DNA from: Candidatus Woesearchaeota archaeon
Lineage (GTDB): Archaea; Nanobdellota; Nanobdellia; SCGC-AAA011-G17; GW2011-AR18
Assembly: GCA_964395935.1 (NCBI GenBank)
Contig: CAYNBR010000003.1
Span: 1 to 36,063, forward strand
DNA length: 36,063 nt
Direction of reading: 5' to 3'
Shown here piece after piece: positions 7,060-16,042 of this stretch. Position numbers and translations under genes: made by a program. Each line of letters opens with the position of its first letter. The first letter of the stretch is position 1. Under the pieces are notes generated by a model. The model made no database searches. It was not told the DNA's origin and worked only from the letters and a program-made list of their open reading frames with translations.

Positions 7060-7781
7060 TGGGAAATTTTAAAGTTTTAGTTGGTGGGCCTGTAAGCGAT
7101 CATCATGATTATTGTTATGATCAATTTATTAAGGCTGTAAAAAGTTTAACTTATCCTAATTTAGATATTTGTTTCGTTGATAATTCTAAAGATGATAAAT
7201 TTTATAATAAAATTAAAAAAGATTTACCCGGAACTTTAAGAATTCCTTATAATGAAAGTGTTAAGGTTAGATTAGCAGATTCTAGGAATTTAGTTAAAGA
7301 AAAAGCTTTGAAGGAAGGTTATGATTATTTATTTTGTTTAGATCAAGATACTATTCCTCCTAAAGATATAATTGAAAGGTTATTAAAACATGAAAAATAT
7401 ATTACTACCGGTGTTTATTATGGGAGATTTACTAAACTTAATCCTATGACAAATAAATATGAACAAAAAGTATTACCATTGATTAGAGTTAAATCTTTGA
7501 AAGATCCTAATTTGTTTGTTAGTGTAAGGCAAGATGTAATTGAGTCTGGTAACTTAATTGAAATTCATTCCTGCGGTACTGGATGTATATTAATACATAG
7601 AAATGTTTTGGAAAAAATTAAATTTAGATGGAAAGAAGATAAGCCTGGAGTTGATGATGTATTTTTTTGTGAAGATGCTTTAAATTTCGGATTTAAGATC
7701 TATGCAGATACTAGTATTATATGCGAACATTTAGTTGATGGAAGAAAAATACATTGGGGAGAAGGAGATATGAAAACTTAA
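7059..7781 (+). CDS. family 2 glycosyltransferase (GT-A), paralog 2
   Basis: 240 aa. GTG start overlapping the upstream TAG by 1 nt, with GAGGAG SD 8 nt upstream. VLVGGPVSD ... YPNLDICFVDNS ... DYLFCLDQDTIPP ... CGTGCILIH ... DDVFFC. Confidence 0.7.
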   Translation: MGNFKVLVGGPVSDHHDYCYDQFIKAVKSLTYPNLDICFVDNSKDDKFYNKIKKDLPGTLRIPYNESVKVRLADSRNLVKEKALKEGYDYLFCLDQDTIPPKDIIERLLKHEKYITTGVYYGRFTKLNPMTNKYEQKVLPLIRVKSLKDPNLFVSVRQDVIESGNLIEIHSCGTGCILIHRNVLEKIKFRWKEDKPGVDDVFFCEDALNFGFKIYADTSIICEHLVDGRKIHWGEGDMKT

Positions 7782-7792
7782 CACAAAAAGTG

Positions 7793-7800
7793 TTATAAAG
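7793..7800 (+). promoter_or_regulatory. candidate TATA box, leaderless start of Bat-like operon
   Basis: TTATAAAG centred ~26 nt upstream of ATG 7822; no SD. Confidence 0.45.
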
Positions 7801-7821
7801 AGGCTTGAGTTTAATTATTCT

Positions 7822-9594
7822 ATGGTCTTTCAGCTTGGAAATACATTAGGATTTTGGGCTTTTTTATCTTTAATCCCTTTAATAATCTTCTATTTAATAA
7901 AACCTAAACCTGCAAACTTAAAAGTTCCTTCTTTAATGTTCTTTTTTTCAAGAGAAAAGTCTACTACAGCAGAGTCAATATTAAGGCATTTTCATGACGA
8001 TTTATTATTCTTAATACAATTATTAGTTTTAAGTTTATTGGCTTTTAGTTTAGTTCAACCAGCTTTAACTGTAAAAAAAGATGCAGTTTCAAGCAATATT
8101 GTTTTTGTTTTGGATGCAAGTGCAAGTTCAAAAGTTCTTGAAGGTGATAAAACAAGATTTGAAATTGCTAAAGATAAAATAAAAGAATTGGTAACATCTA
8201 GAAATTCATTAGTATTAATAAAATCAAGACCAATTTTAGTTCTGCAAGGTGTCGGGAGAAGCGAACTTGTAAAGTATTTAGATAAATTGGAAGCTACTGA
8301 TGATTTATCTGATATTTCTTCTGCAATAATTTTAGCAGCTGAATTATTGAGTAATGCTAAAGGAAGAGTCGTGGTATTGAGTGATTTAATATCTAGTAAA
8401 GGTGTTCCTGTAGGTTTGGGACAAAAGATATTAGAAGGTAAAGGGATACCTGTTGATTTTATCACGCCTGCGAAAGATAATAAAAAAAATATTGGAATAG
8501 TAAATATGGTGTTAACAAGCGATACTGCAAACGTTTATGTTAAAAATTATAATGATAATGATGAGAATGTCAATTTAAAAGTTGGAAATGATTTAAGAAC
8601 ATTTAATGTAAAAGCCGGAAGTGTAGAACCTAATGTCTTTAGTTTGACAGAGGGAGATATAAATTTTGAGATTTTAAATAAAGATGACTTTGTTACAGAT
8701 AATAAAATTGTAATTACTAAGCCTTATGGTGATGAAATTAAAGTAATGTTAATAAGTAGTAACCCTTCTCCATTTTTGAAAGCTGCTTTAAGTTCTATAA
8801 CTAAAGTAAAATTAACTACAGCTGAGCCTCCAGTAATTCCAGCAGGAGATTTTGATGTTTACATAGTAAACAAAGTAAATAAAAATAGTTTATTGGTTGG
8901 TACTTTTAAAGATCTCAGTGAAAAAATTAAAAGTGGTAAAGGCAACATTATAGTTGCAGCTTGGCCTGGAATGGAACTTTTAGACTTTGAAGGATTATTG
9001 CCTTTGCAGATATTGGAAAAAGAGAAAGGCAGCACTATAAACGTTGATCAAGTTACAAGATTTACTAAAGATATAGATTTCGGAAGTGTAAGTAATTATT
9101 ATAAAGTTGTATTAAAAAATGGATTAAGTATTGCATCTTCAAATGGCAGCTCGTTAATCTCTTCTTTTAAATTAGATAAAGGTGAATTAATTTATTATGG
9201 GATTATGGATGATGAAAGTGATTTTAAGTTAAATCCTAATTATCCTATATTTTGGAATAATTTAATTTTTTATATAGCTGGAAGATCAGATTTAAATGAC
9301 TTGAATTTAAAGACTGGAAATATTTTAGAAATTAATAATAATACAGTTACATTAGATAAAGCAGGAGTATTTTATTTGGCTAATAAAAAAGTTTCTGTTA
9401 ATCTTTTAAATGAAAAAGAATCTGATATAAATTTTAAAGATTTTACAAATGATATAAACTTAAAAACTGTAGACTATAAATTAGAAAGTGTAAAAGTTTA
9501 TGTAGACTATAATTTAGGATTCTATTTAGTTTTAATTGTTTTATTTTTAGTAATTTTTGAATTAGGCTTTATTAAATTTAGGGGTGAATTATGA
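7822..9594 (+). CDS. BatA-N-domain / VWA-like membrane protein
   Basis: 590 aa. N-terminus LGFWAFLSLIPLIIFYLIKPKPANLKVPSLMFF matches the aerotolerance-regulator (BatA) N-terminal TM domain. IVFVLDASASS is a DxSxS MIDAS-like motif. C-terminal TM (LGFYLVLIVLFLVIFELGFI). Confidence 0.7.
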   Translation: MVFQLGNTLGFWAFLSLIPLIIFYLIKPKPANLKVPSLMFFFSREKSTTAESILRHFHDDLLFLIQLLVLSLLAFSLVQPALTVKKDAVSSNIVFVLDASASSKVLEGDKTRFEIAKDKIKELVTSRNSLVLIKSRPILVLQGVGRSELVKYLDKLEATDDLSDISSAIILAAELLSNAKGRVVVLSDLISSKGVPVGLGQKILEGKGIPVDFITPAKDNKKNIGIVNMVLTSDTANVYVKNYNDNDENVNLKVGNDLRTFNVKAGSVEPNVFSLTEGDINFEILNKDDFVTDNKIVITKPYGDEIKVMLISSNPSPFLKAALSSITKVKLTTAEPPVIPAGDFDVYIVNKVNKNSLLVGTFKDLSEKIKSGKGNIIVAAWPGMELLDFEGLLPLQILEKEKGSTINVDQVTRFTKDIDFGSVSNYYKVVLKNGLSIASSNGSSLISSFKLDKGELIYYGIMDDESDFKLNPNYPIFWNNLIFYIAGRSDLNDLNLKTGNILEINNNTVTLDKAGVFYLANKKVSVNLLNEKESDINFKDFTNDINLKTVDYKLESVKVYVDYNLGFYLVLIVLFLVIFELGFIKFRGEL

Positions 9595-11966
9595 TAAATT
9601 TATTTGATCTTACTTATAGATATTTTGAGAATCCATATTTTTTGTTATTGATTATACCGTCTATAATTATATTAATATACTTGATAACTAAAGATTTTAT
9701 TAAAGTTCCATTAGATAAAAATCAGCAGTCTAAATTAAAGCATAAAAGGATTATTGTAATTATATCTAGAATAATTATATTTGTTTTATTATTTATTGCT
9801 TTATCCGGACCATTTGTAGAAAAATATATGACCATACAGGGAGATCCAAAATTAAAATTATTAATAGATAATTCTACTTCTATGCAAGTTTTCGATTTTG
9901 AAGCTATTAATAATTTACAAGATCAATTAAACTCTAGATTGCCTCTTGAAACAGTTTACATAAGTAGCGGAGAGAAAAGTTCCTTAGGGGATAATATACT
10001 TGTAAATTTAAAAAGGAATGAAAATGTCTTACTGCTTTCAGATGGATATAGTAATTCAGGAATTAGTTTAGGTGATATTGTATTAAAGTCTAATAGTCTT
10101 AATTCTAGTATTAGTGCTATTAATTTAAAACCGAAATATTATGATGCTTCAATCACAATTTCTGGAAGTGATAAAACTAGCAGTGGTGCAGATAATACAT
10201 TTACTGTTTCTCTAAAACAGACTGAGAGGAAGAGTGTTCATGTAGTTGTTGAAATAGATGGAGTAAGTGTTTTGGATACTAAAACTGATAAGGATACATT
10301 AACAATAACTAAAACTTTTTCAGAGGGATATCATAAAATAACTGCTAAATTAGATACAGAAGATTATTTCAAGAATAATAATATATTTTATAAAACTGTT
10401 AAAGTTGTGCCTAAACCTAAAATTTTAATTTATAGCAAAGTGGGTATTGGGATAAATAAGTTATATGATCCTTTATATGATATTACTCTAACTAGTGATT
10501 TTCCTAAAGATTTAGGTATATACACTGCAGTTGTTGTAGATGACATTGAAATAAAAGATATTAATGATAAGACAGATTTACTTACTGATTTTGCGGCTTC
10601 TGGAAATGGTTTATTTGTTCTTGGAGGAGGTAATTCTTTTGATTCTGGCGGTTATAAAAATTCTAACTTTGAACAGATATTACCTGTTTATGTTTCAAAA
10701 GCTGGAAGGAAAAAAGGAGAAAATAATATTGTAATTGCTATAGATATTTCTGGAAGTACAGGACATGTATTCCAAGGAAGTGTGAAATCTGATATTGAGA
10801 AAGCTATTGCTTTAGATATGATAAAAAATTTAAGTTTAGTAAATAATGTAGGTGTTGTTGCATTTAATACACAAGGGTATAAAGTATTTGATATAAAACC
10901 ATTAATAGACCAACCAGATATGGAAGATATAATTATGAGACTAAAATATGATGGCGGTACTTATATTTCCAATGGTTTATTGATGGCAATTGAAATGCTT
11001 AAAGGTAAGGGTGGAAGTAAAAATATTATACTTATTTCTGATGGAAGAAATCAAGATTTTGAACAAACTAATGAGGCTCTTAGATTGGCCAGCAGCCAGG
11101 GTATAAGGATTTATGCAATTGGTGTTGGGGAAGATACAGATAATAAGAATATGAAGGACATTGCAGATTCTACTGGCGGTACTTATTTTGAGCCTGATTC
11201 TACTGATAGAGTTAGAATTTTATTTGGTGATACAGAAATGAGCGGGACAAAGAAAGTATTTCCTTTAGTTGCTATTGATAAAAATCATTTTATAACTCAG
11301 AATTTAAATTTAAAAGGTAATATTTATGGATTTAATCAAGTTGTGCCTAAAGATAGTGCTAAATTACTAGTTACAGATGATGTTGGAGATCCAATAGTAG
11401 CAGTTTCAAGATTAGGATTGGGAAGAGTTGCGGTTTTAGCTACTGACTATAAATTATATGGGTTTGAATTATTAAATAAAGATAATTCTTTGTTATTGAC
11501 TAGAATTGGAAATTGGGTTATTGGAGATCCTGAAAGGAAAAATGATAAATTTGTAGAAATACAAGATGGAAGAATTGCGGAAGCTATAGATGTTAAGGTG
11601 AAATCAGATATACAGCCAAGTTCAAGTGAATTGGCATTGTATAAAGTTGATGATAGTCTTTATGATGGAAGTATTATTGTAAATAATGTGGGATTTAAAA
11701 GTTTGTTAGATGGTGTATTTGCTGTAAATTATAAAGAAGAATATCAAGGTGTTGGTATGAATAACCAATTAATAGGTGTTGTAAAAGCTTCTGGAGGAAG
11801 AATATTTAAGCAAGATGAAATTGAAGCAATCGTAGAATTTATAAAGTTGAAATCTAAGAGAGAAATGGTAACTAAAAAGAGCTATAGTTGGATATTTGCT
11901 TTAGCTGCTTTACTGGTTTACTTAATAGAAGTAAGCTATAGGAGAATAAATAGAAATAAAAAATGA
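9591..11966 (+). CDS. BatA/BatB-like VWA-domain membrane protein
   Basis: 791 aa. N-terminus FENPYFLLLIIPSIIILIYLI (BatA-N-like) plus a second TM. Central region ILIYSK ... LFVLGGGNSF is class-I amidotransferase-like/ThuA-like. VWA domain with MIDAS IAIDISGSTG and downstream ILISDG. C-terminal TM. GGGGTGA SD and ATGA overlap with the upstream gene. Confidence 0.75.
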   Translation: MINLFDLTYRYFENPYFLLLIIPSIIILIYLITKDFIKVPLDKNQQSKLKHKRIIVIISRIIIFVLLFIALSGPFVEKYMTIQGDPKLKLLIDNSTSMQVFDFEAINNLQDQLNSRLPLETVYISSGEKSSLGDNILVNLKRNENVLLLSDGYSNSGISLGDIVLKSNSLNSSISAINLKPKYYDASITISGSDKTSSGADNTFTVSLKQTERKSVHVVVEIDGVSVLDTKTDKDTLTITKTFSEGYHKITAKLDTEDYFKNNNIFYKTVKVVPKPKILIYSKVGIGINKLYDPLYDITLTSDFPKDLGIYTAVVVDDIEIKDINDKTDLLTDFAASGNGLFVLGGGNSFDSGGYKNSNFEQILPVYVSKAGRKKGENNIVIAIDISGSTGHVFQGSVKSDIEKAIALDMIKNLSLVNNVGVVAFNTQGYKVFDIKPLIDQPDMEDIIMRLKYDGGTYISNGLLMAIEMLKGKGGSKNIILISDGRNQDFEQTNEALRLASSQGIRIYAIGVGEDTDNKNMKDIADSTGGTYFEPDSTDRVRILFGDTEMSGTKKVFPLVAIDKNHFITQNLNLKGNIYGFNQVVPKDSAKLLVTDDVGDPIVAVSRLGLGRVAVLATDYKLYGFELLNKDNSLLLTRIGNWVIGDPERKNDKFVEIQDGRIAEAIDVKVKSDIQPSSSELALYKVDDSLYDGSIIVNNVGFKSLLDGVFAVNYKEEYQGVGMNNQLIGVVKASGGRIFKQDEIEAIVEFIKLKSKREMVTKKSYSWIFALAALLVYLIEVSYRRINRNKK

Positions 11967-12433
11967 GCTTTATAGATGAAAATGCAAATATAGGTCTTTT
12001 TGTATTAATTGTGGTAATTGCTTGTGCTGTTGTTGCTTTAACTTTTTTTTATCAAGATAATTTTTTACAGATAAATACTAGATATAATGATAAATTAAAT
12101 GAATTAAATAATACTTTCCAGAAACTACAAGGTGCACAATCGCAACTTAACCAGACTGCAGAAGAATTACAATTAAAATCACAAAGGGAACAAGATTTAT
12201 CTGGAAAGTATACAGATGTAAAAAGTCAGAAGGATTCTTTACAGAAAGAAAGAGATGATTTAAGTGAATTGACTAATGAACAGGAAGATAATATCCGAGC
12301 CTTAAATTCGACAGTTAAAGATCTTAAGAGTCAAATTAATGATAAAGACAATAAAATCTCTAGTTTGCAAGACCAAATAAGTAATCTGCAAAATACAATT
12401 AGCTGTTTGAGGGCTGGAAATGCAAATTGTTGA
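11963..12433 (+). CDS. membrane-anchored coiled-coil protein
   Basis: 156 aa. One N-terminal TM (IGLFVLIVVIACAVVALTFF), then ~110 aa of Q/E/K/L/N-rich heptad-like sequence. Ends ...SCLRAGNANC (2 Cys). ATGA overlap upstream and 14-nt overlap downstream. Confidence 0.6.
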   Translation: MSFIDENANIGLFVLIVVIACAVVALTFFYQDNFLQINTRYNDKLNELNNTFQKLQGAQSQLNQTAEELQLKSQREQDLSGKYTDVKSQKDSLQKERDDLSELTNEQEDNIRALNSTVKDLKSQINDKDNKISSLQDQISNLQNTISCLRAGNANC

Positions 12434-13208
12434 GAAAGCATTAAAGGAACTTAAAAAAGTATTATTTATTTTAGATTTTAGCGGTAAATTTTTAAATTTT
12501 TTGTTAATACTCCTGTTTATTCTATTGTTGTCTAATCTTCTTAATTTTCCTTGGATTTATGCAGTTATTTTAAGTACAATATATTTAATTATAGTTTTAA
12601 CTTTATCTTTTTTTGAAAATAAATTTTTAATTGTTGAAGGTAAGGTTCCAGAACTAAATGAACAACTTAGGACTGTTGCTGACAATGTAAATAGGACTAA
12701 TCCTATAATTGACGGCTTAAAAGAAGATGTTGTTAAGAATATGAAAAAAGTTAAGACTTCTTATTTCATAGATGAGAAAAGAATCGGGGTAAAAATAATA
12801 ATTCTTTGTGGATTGGCATTTTTAATTGTGTTTCTTTCTTTTCTAAATATAAACTTTAATTTTAATGGTTTTAATTTTAATGTACAAGAAACTTTAAATG
12901 GTATAGGTATTAGAAATTATAGTTCTGAACCAGTACATTTGAATTTTTTTTTATCACAAGGCAATTTAAGTGATATACTTGGAAATAAAAGTATTGCTAC
13001 TCTTGGAAATAAAGATTTATTGTTAACTATTAATCCTTTAGAAAGTGATGCTGATTTGAGCACTGTGCAAAAAGAAGAATCAAATGAATTTAATCAACCA
13101 GATTTTCCAAAAGAGATATATACTAGATATGACGCTTCATATAACGAGAAGATAGCTAAAGAAAATCAGAAGGTTGTTAAAACTTATTTCGATCAAATAA
13201 CAAGGTGA
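12420..13208 (+). CDS. hypothetical polytopic membrane protein of the MoxR operon
   Basis: 262 aa. Two TM segments near the N-terminus and one near residue 130 (IIILCGLAFLIVFLSFL). No recognised motif. Ends 4 nt before moxR. Confidence 0.55.
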   Translation: MQIVEKALKELKKVLFILDFSGKFLNFLLILLFILLLSNLLNFPWIYAVILSTIYLIIVLTLSFFENKFLIVEGKVPELNEQLRTVADNVNRTNPIIDGLKEDVVKNMKKVKTSYFIDEKRIGVKIIILCGLAFLIVFLSFLNINFNFNGFNFNVQETLNGIGIRNYSSEPVHLNFFLSQGNLSDILGNKSIATLGNKDLLLTINPLESDADLSTVQKEESNEFNQPDFPKEIYTRYDASYNEKIAKENQKVVKTYFDQITR

Positions 13209-13212
13209 GAAT

Positions 13213-14151
13213 ATGAATATAGATGAAATACAGAAGAGATTCAAAGCACTATATTTTGAAGTTGCTAGATCTGTTGTAGGCCAAGAAGATGTTGTTGAAC
13301 AAACTGTTGCTGCTATTTTATGCAATGGTCATGCTTATTTAGAAGGATATCCAGGATTAGCTAAAACTTTACTTGTTAAAACTTTATCAAATGTTTTGGA
13401 TTTAAGATTCAGCAGAATACAAGGAACTCCTGATTTACTGCCTTCAGATATTACAGGAACTTATGTTATTGATGAAAGCAAAGGTAAAAAGGAATTTAAA
13501 TTTCAACCTGGGCCAATATTTGCAAATATTGTTTTAGTTGATGAAGTTAATAGGGCTACTCCTAAAACGCATTCTGCTATTTTGGAAGCCATGCAGGAAA
13601 AACAAGTTACTGTTGGTAATGCTACGTATAAATTGGAAGAACCTTTCTTTGTTTTAGCTACAGGAAATCCTATTGAGCAGGAAGGTGTTTTTAAATTAAG
13701 TGAAGCACAAATTGACAGGTTTTTATTTAAAATAAATGTTGTATATCCTAAATTCGATGATGAAGTTAAGATTGTAGATATGTACAGCGATAAAGATGCT
13801 TCAGATATTAAATTGAGAAAATTATTTACTAAAGATGAATTATTAAAATTACAGATGTTAACTAAGCAAGTTCCAGTTGCTAATGATATGAAGAAATATG
13901 CTGTTGAAATTGTTGATAAAACTAGAAAGAATAAAGCCTTGATTGAGTATGGTGCTAGTCCAAGAGCAAGTATTAATTTAATTTTAGCAGCTAAGGCTAG
14001 AGCATTAATGAATGGAAGAAAGTATGTTTCTAAAGAAGATATTAATGTTATGGCTTATCCTGTTTTGAGGCATAGAATCATATTAAGTTTTGAAGCTGAA
14101 AGACAAGGATTAACTGAGGATGCAGTTATAACTAAGATTCTTAAAGGTTAA
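13213..14151 (+). CDS. moxR: MoxR-family AAA+ ATPase (AAA_3)
   Basis: 312 aa. GHAYLEGYPGLAKT (Walker A), RIQGTPDLLPSDITGT, VLVDEVNRATPKT (Walker B), LATGNPIEQEGVFKLSEAQIDRF. AGGTGA SD 6 nt upstream. Confidence 0.9.
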   Translation: MNIDEIQKRFKALYFEVARSVVGQEDVVEQTVAAILCNGHAYLEGYPGLAKTLLVKTLSNVLDLRFSRIQGTPDLLPSDITGTYVIDESKGKKEFKFQPGPIFANIVLVDEVNRATPKTHSAILEAMQEKQVTVGNATYKLEEPFFVLATGNPIEQEGVFKLSEAQIDRFLFKINVVYPKFDDEVKIVDMYSDKDASDIKLRKLFTKDELLKLQMLTKQVPVANDMKKYAVEIVDKTRKNKALIEYGASPRASINLILAAKARALMNGRKYVSKEDINVMAYPVLRHRIILSFEAERQGLTEDAVITKILKG

Positions 14152-14157
14152 GAATTA

Positions 14158-14172
14158 AACTGAGCTTCAGTT
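14158..14172 (+). terminator. short hairpin between moxR and DUF58 gene (possible attenuating or processing element)
   Basis: AACTGA-GCT-TCAGTT (6-bp stem, 3-nt loop) 6 nt after the moxR stop. Only a weak T-rich tail (ATGCATTTCTT), so terminator function is doubtful. Confidence 0.2.
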
Positions 14173-14235
14173 ATGCATTTCTTAGTTCTGCCAGCAAGAG
14201 TTAATTTATTAAACAAGAAAGTTCTATAATTCTTA

Positions 14236-15084
14236 ATGATTAATACGGACTTTTTAAGACAACTTGAAAAATTTAATTTAGTAATAAGAAAGAAGGTTGC
14301 TTCTAGCTTTACAGGTGAGAGAAGGGCAGATATTGGAGGTTCAGGATTAATATTTAGAGATTATTCTAATTATCAATATGGAGATGATTTTAAAAATATA
14401 GACTGGAAGGCTTATGCAAGAACTGAGAAATTTTACGTTAAAAGATATGAAGAGGATCGAAACTTAACTATTCATATTCTTTTAGACTTAAGTGGCAGTA
14501 TGGATTTTGGAAGTAAGATAAAAAAATATGAGTTTGGAGCAATGATTGCTTTAGGTTTTTCCTATATTGCAATGAAGAATAATGAAAAGTTTGTTTTAAG
14601 TACTTTTGATGATAAATTAGAATTTTTTAAACCGCAAAAAGGTAAGCATCAATTAGCTTCAATATTAGAATATTTAAATAGTAAACAAGCTAAGGGCGTA
14701 AGCAGCTTTGAAAAATCTTTACTTTCTTATAGATCATTAATAAATTCTAAGGCTATGGTGATTATTATTTCTGACTTTTTTTATAGTCCAGAAGAAATTA
14801 AGAATATTTTACATAGGTATAAGGGAAATAAAATAAAATTAATACAAACTTTAGATTATTTAGAAAACAATATGAATTTAGAAGGAGATTATAATTTAAT
14901 AGATTTAGAGAGTGATGCCAGAATGAGGACTTTTATAGATCCATTTTTAAGAAAACAATATTTTGAAAAGTTGAATGCACATAATGCTATGATTGTAGAA
15001 GCTTGCAATAGTGTTAAAGCTGATTTTTTTAAAGTTACTAATGATGAAAACATATTTGATGTATTCTATAGGATATTAACTTAA
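14236..15084 (+). CDS. DUF58-family protein (VWA-like, MoxR partner)
   Basis: 282 aa. FRDYSNYQYGDDFKNIDWKAYARTEKFYVKRYEEDR followed by ILLDLSGSM is the canonical DUF58 signature. Confidence 0.85.
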   Translation: MINTDFLRQLEKFNLVIRKKVASSFTGERRADIGGSGLIFRDYSNYQYGDDFKNIDWKAYARTEKFYVKRYEEDRNLTIHILLDLSGSMDFGSKIKKYEFGAMIALGFSYIAMKNNEKFVLSTFDDKLEFFKPQKGKHQLASILEYLNSKQAKGVSSFEKSLLSYRSLINSKAMVIIISDFFYSPEEIKNILHRYKGNKIKLIQTLDYLENNMNLEGDYNLIDLESDARMRTFIDPFLRKQYFEKLNAHNAMIVEACNSVKADFFKVTNDENIFDVFYRILT

Positions 15085-15098
15085 GATTATATAAAAAC

Positions 15099-15106
15099 TT
15101 ATAAAG
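15099..15106 (+). promoter_or_regulatory. candidate TATA box (leaderless)
   Basis: TTATAAAG centred ~25 nt upstream of ATG 15127. Confidence 0.4.
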
Positions 15107-15126
15107 TATTCTTAGTTCTAGATATT

Positions 15127-15483
15127 ATGGGGAGCTTAATTGAGTTTAATGATACTTTAAAAATTTCTGTAGAAAGAGGTTTTCCTAAAGATTTAAGACT
15201 GGAAGATCATGTTAAAGATTCGAAGAGTACTTTAAAGTTTATAGGAAGAACATTTGATTTTACTAATTCTGGTAGAAGAATATATCAAGCTGAGCCTAGC
15301 AGGGTGTTTTTAGTTCAGGAAATAGATGGAAAATGGTTGTATTGGGGTCATGCTAGAATACTTAGACAAACAATGACTAAAGATTCTACTACTGGTCTTT
15401 ATCAAATTATAAAAATTTACGATCCTGAATACCAGAGATTAACTACTATGAATGAAGCTCCTGAAGGAAAAAGTTACTTATAA
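15127..15483 (+). CDS. hypothetical small cytoplasmic protein
   Basis: 118-aa ORF with no TM and no motif I can name. Confidence 0.5.
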   Translation: MGSLIEFNDTLKISVERGFPKDLRLEDHVKDSKSTLKFIGRTFDFTNSGRRIYQAEPSRVFLVQEIDGKWLYWGHARILRQTMTKDSTTGLYQIIKIYDPEYQRLTTMNEAPEGKSYL

Positions 15484-15520
15484 TAAATCATTTTATAAGT
15501 TCCTTTTAATATTCATTTTT

Positions 15521-16042
15521 ATGGTTTATTTGTATCATATAGTACCAAAAAATATGAAAGGTAATATTCTTTATCCATTGAACAGATTAAAGAAAGTTTA
15601 TCCTGAAGTTTATAAAAAGCAAATTACTAAATATGTCGGAAGAGAACGAATTATGTGGCAAAAAATTATTTATTTAAATTGTAAATGGAATGATGTTATT
15701 CACTTAACTCCTGTAAATCCTTCAAAAATCAACAAAACTTTACTAGCCATCGGTCTTAAACTGATAAAATGTAAGTGGTATAAGATTAATGCAAATATAT
15801 TGGATCCTAAAAAAACTGTGATTTATAAATATTTATCTGATAAAATCCCTCTACCAATATCTGATTATGAAAAATACAATCCTAATAAGCTTGTTAAATA
15901 TAACAAGATTCCATTACTTTTGAAAAGATATTACTCTCAACAATTTAAAAATAAGACTAAACCTCTTTTATTTCATTTAATTCCTCATGTTTTATATAAG
16001 GGAAATATAAAAGTGGAAAATCTAGAAATAATAAAAACTTAA
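15521..16042 (+). CDS. conserved hypothetical protein (start revised from 15452)
   Basis: The track ORF overlaps the previous gene by 32 nt. The internal ATG at 15521 gives MVYLYHIVPKNMKGNILYPLNRLK ... CKWNDVIHLTPVNP. From memory this resembles an uncharacterised family seen in Firmicutes (unverified). Confidence 0.5.
   Translation: MVYLYHIVPKNMKGNILYPLNRLKKVYPEVYKKQITKYVGRERIMWQKIIYLNCKWNDVIHLTPVNPSKINKTLLAIGLKLIKCKWYKINANILDPKKTVIYKYLSDKIPLPISDYEKYNPNKLVKYNKIPLLLKRYYSQQFKNKTKPLLFHLIPHVLYKGNIKVENLEIIKT

Noticed and set aside
14222-14229. TCTATAAT upstream of the DUF58 gene as its own TATA box.
   Set aside because: It is only 7-14 nt from the ATG at 14236, too close for an archaeal promoter. 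DUF58 is more likely co-transcribed with moxR.
7822-15084. The MoxR + VWA genes as an anti-phage, conflict-type MoxR-VWA ternary system.
   Set aside because: The architecture is the membrane-bound Bat/DUF58 type (BatA-N TM domains, DUF58). No effector, protease or beta-propeller components are visible, and it sits in an envelope context rather than a defence-island context.
15452-15520. N-terminal extension of the 196-aa track ORF, overlapping the upstream gene by 32 nt. The same issue applies at 21266-21316 and 35217-35243.
   Set aside because: In each case an internal ATG sits just before the conserved N-terminal motif (MVYLYHIVP; MQKQVNKKHY; MKKLSIIIPAYNEE). Using it removes or reduces the overlap with the neighbouring gene.
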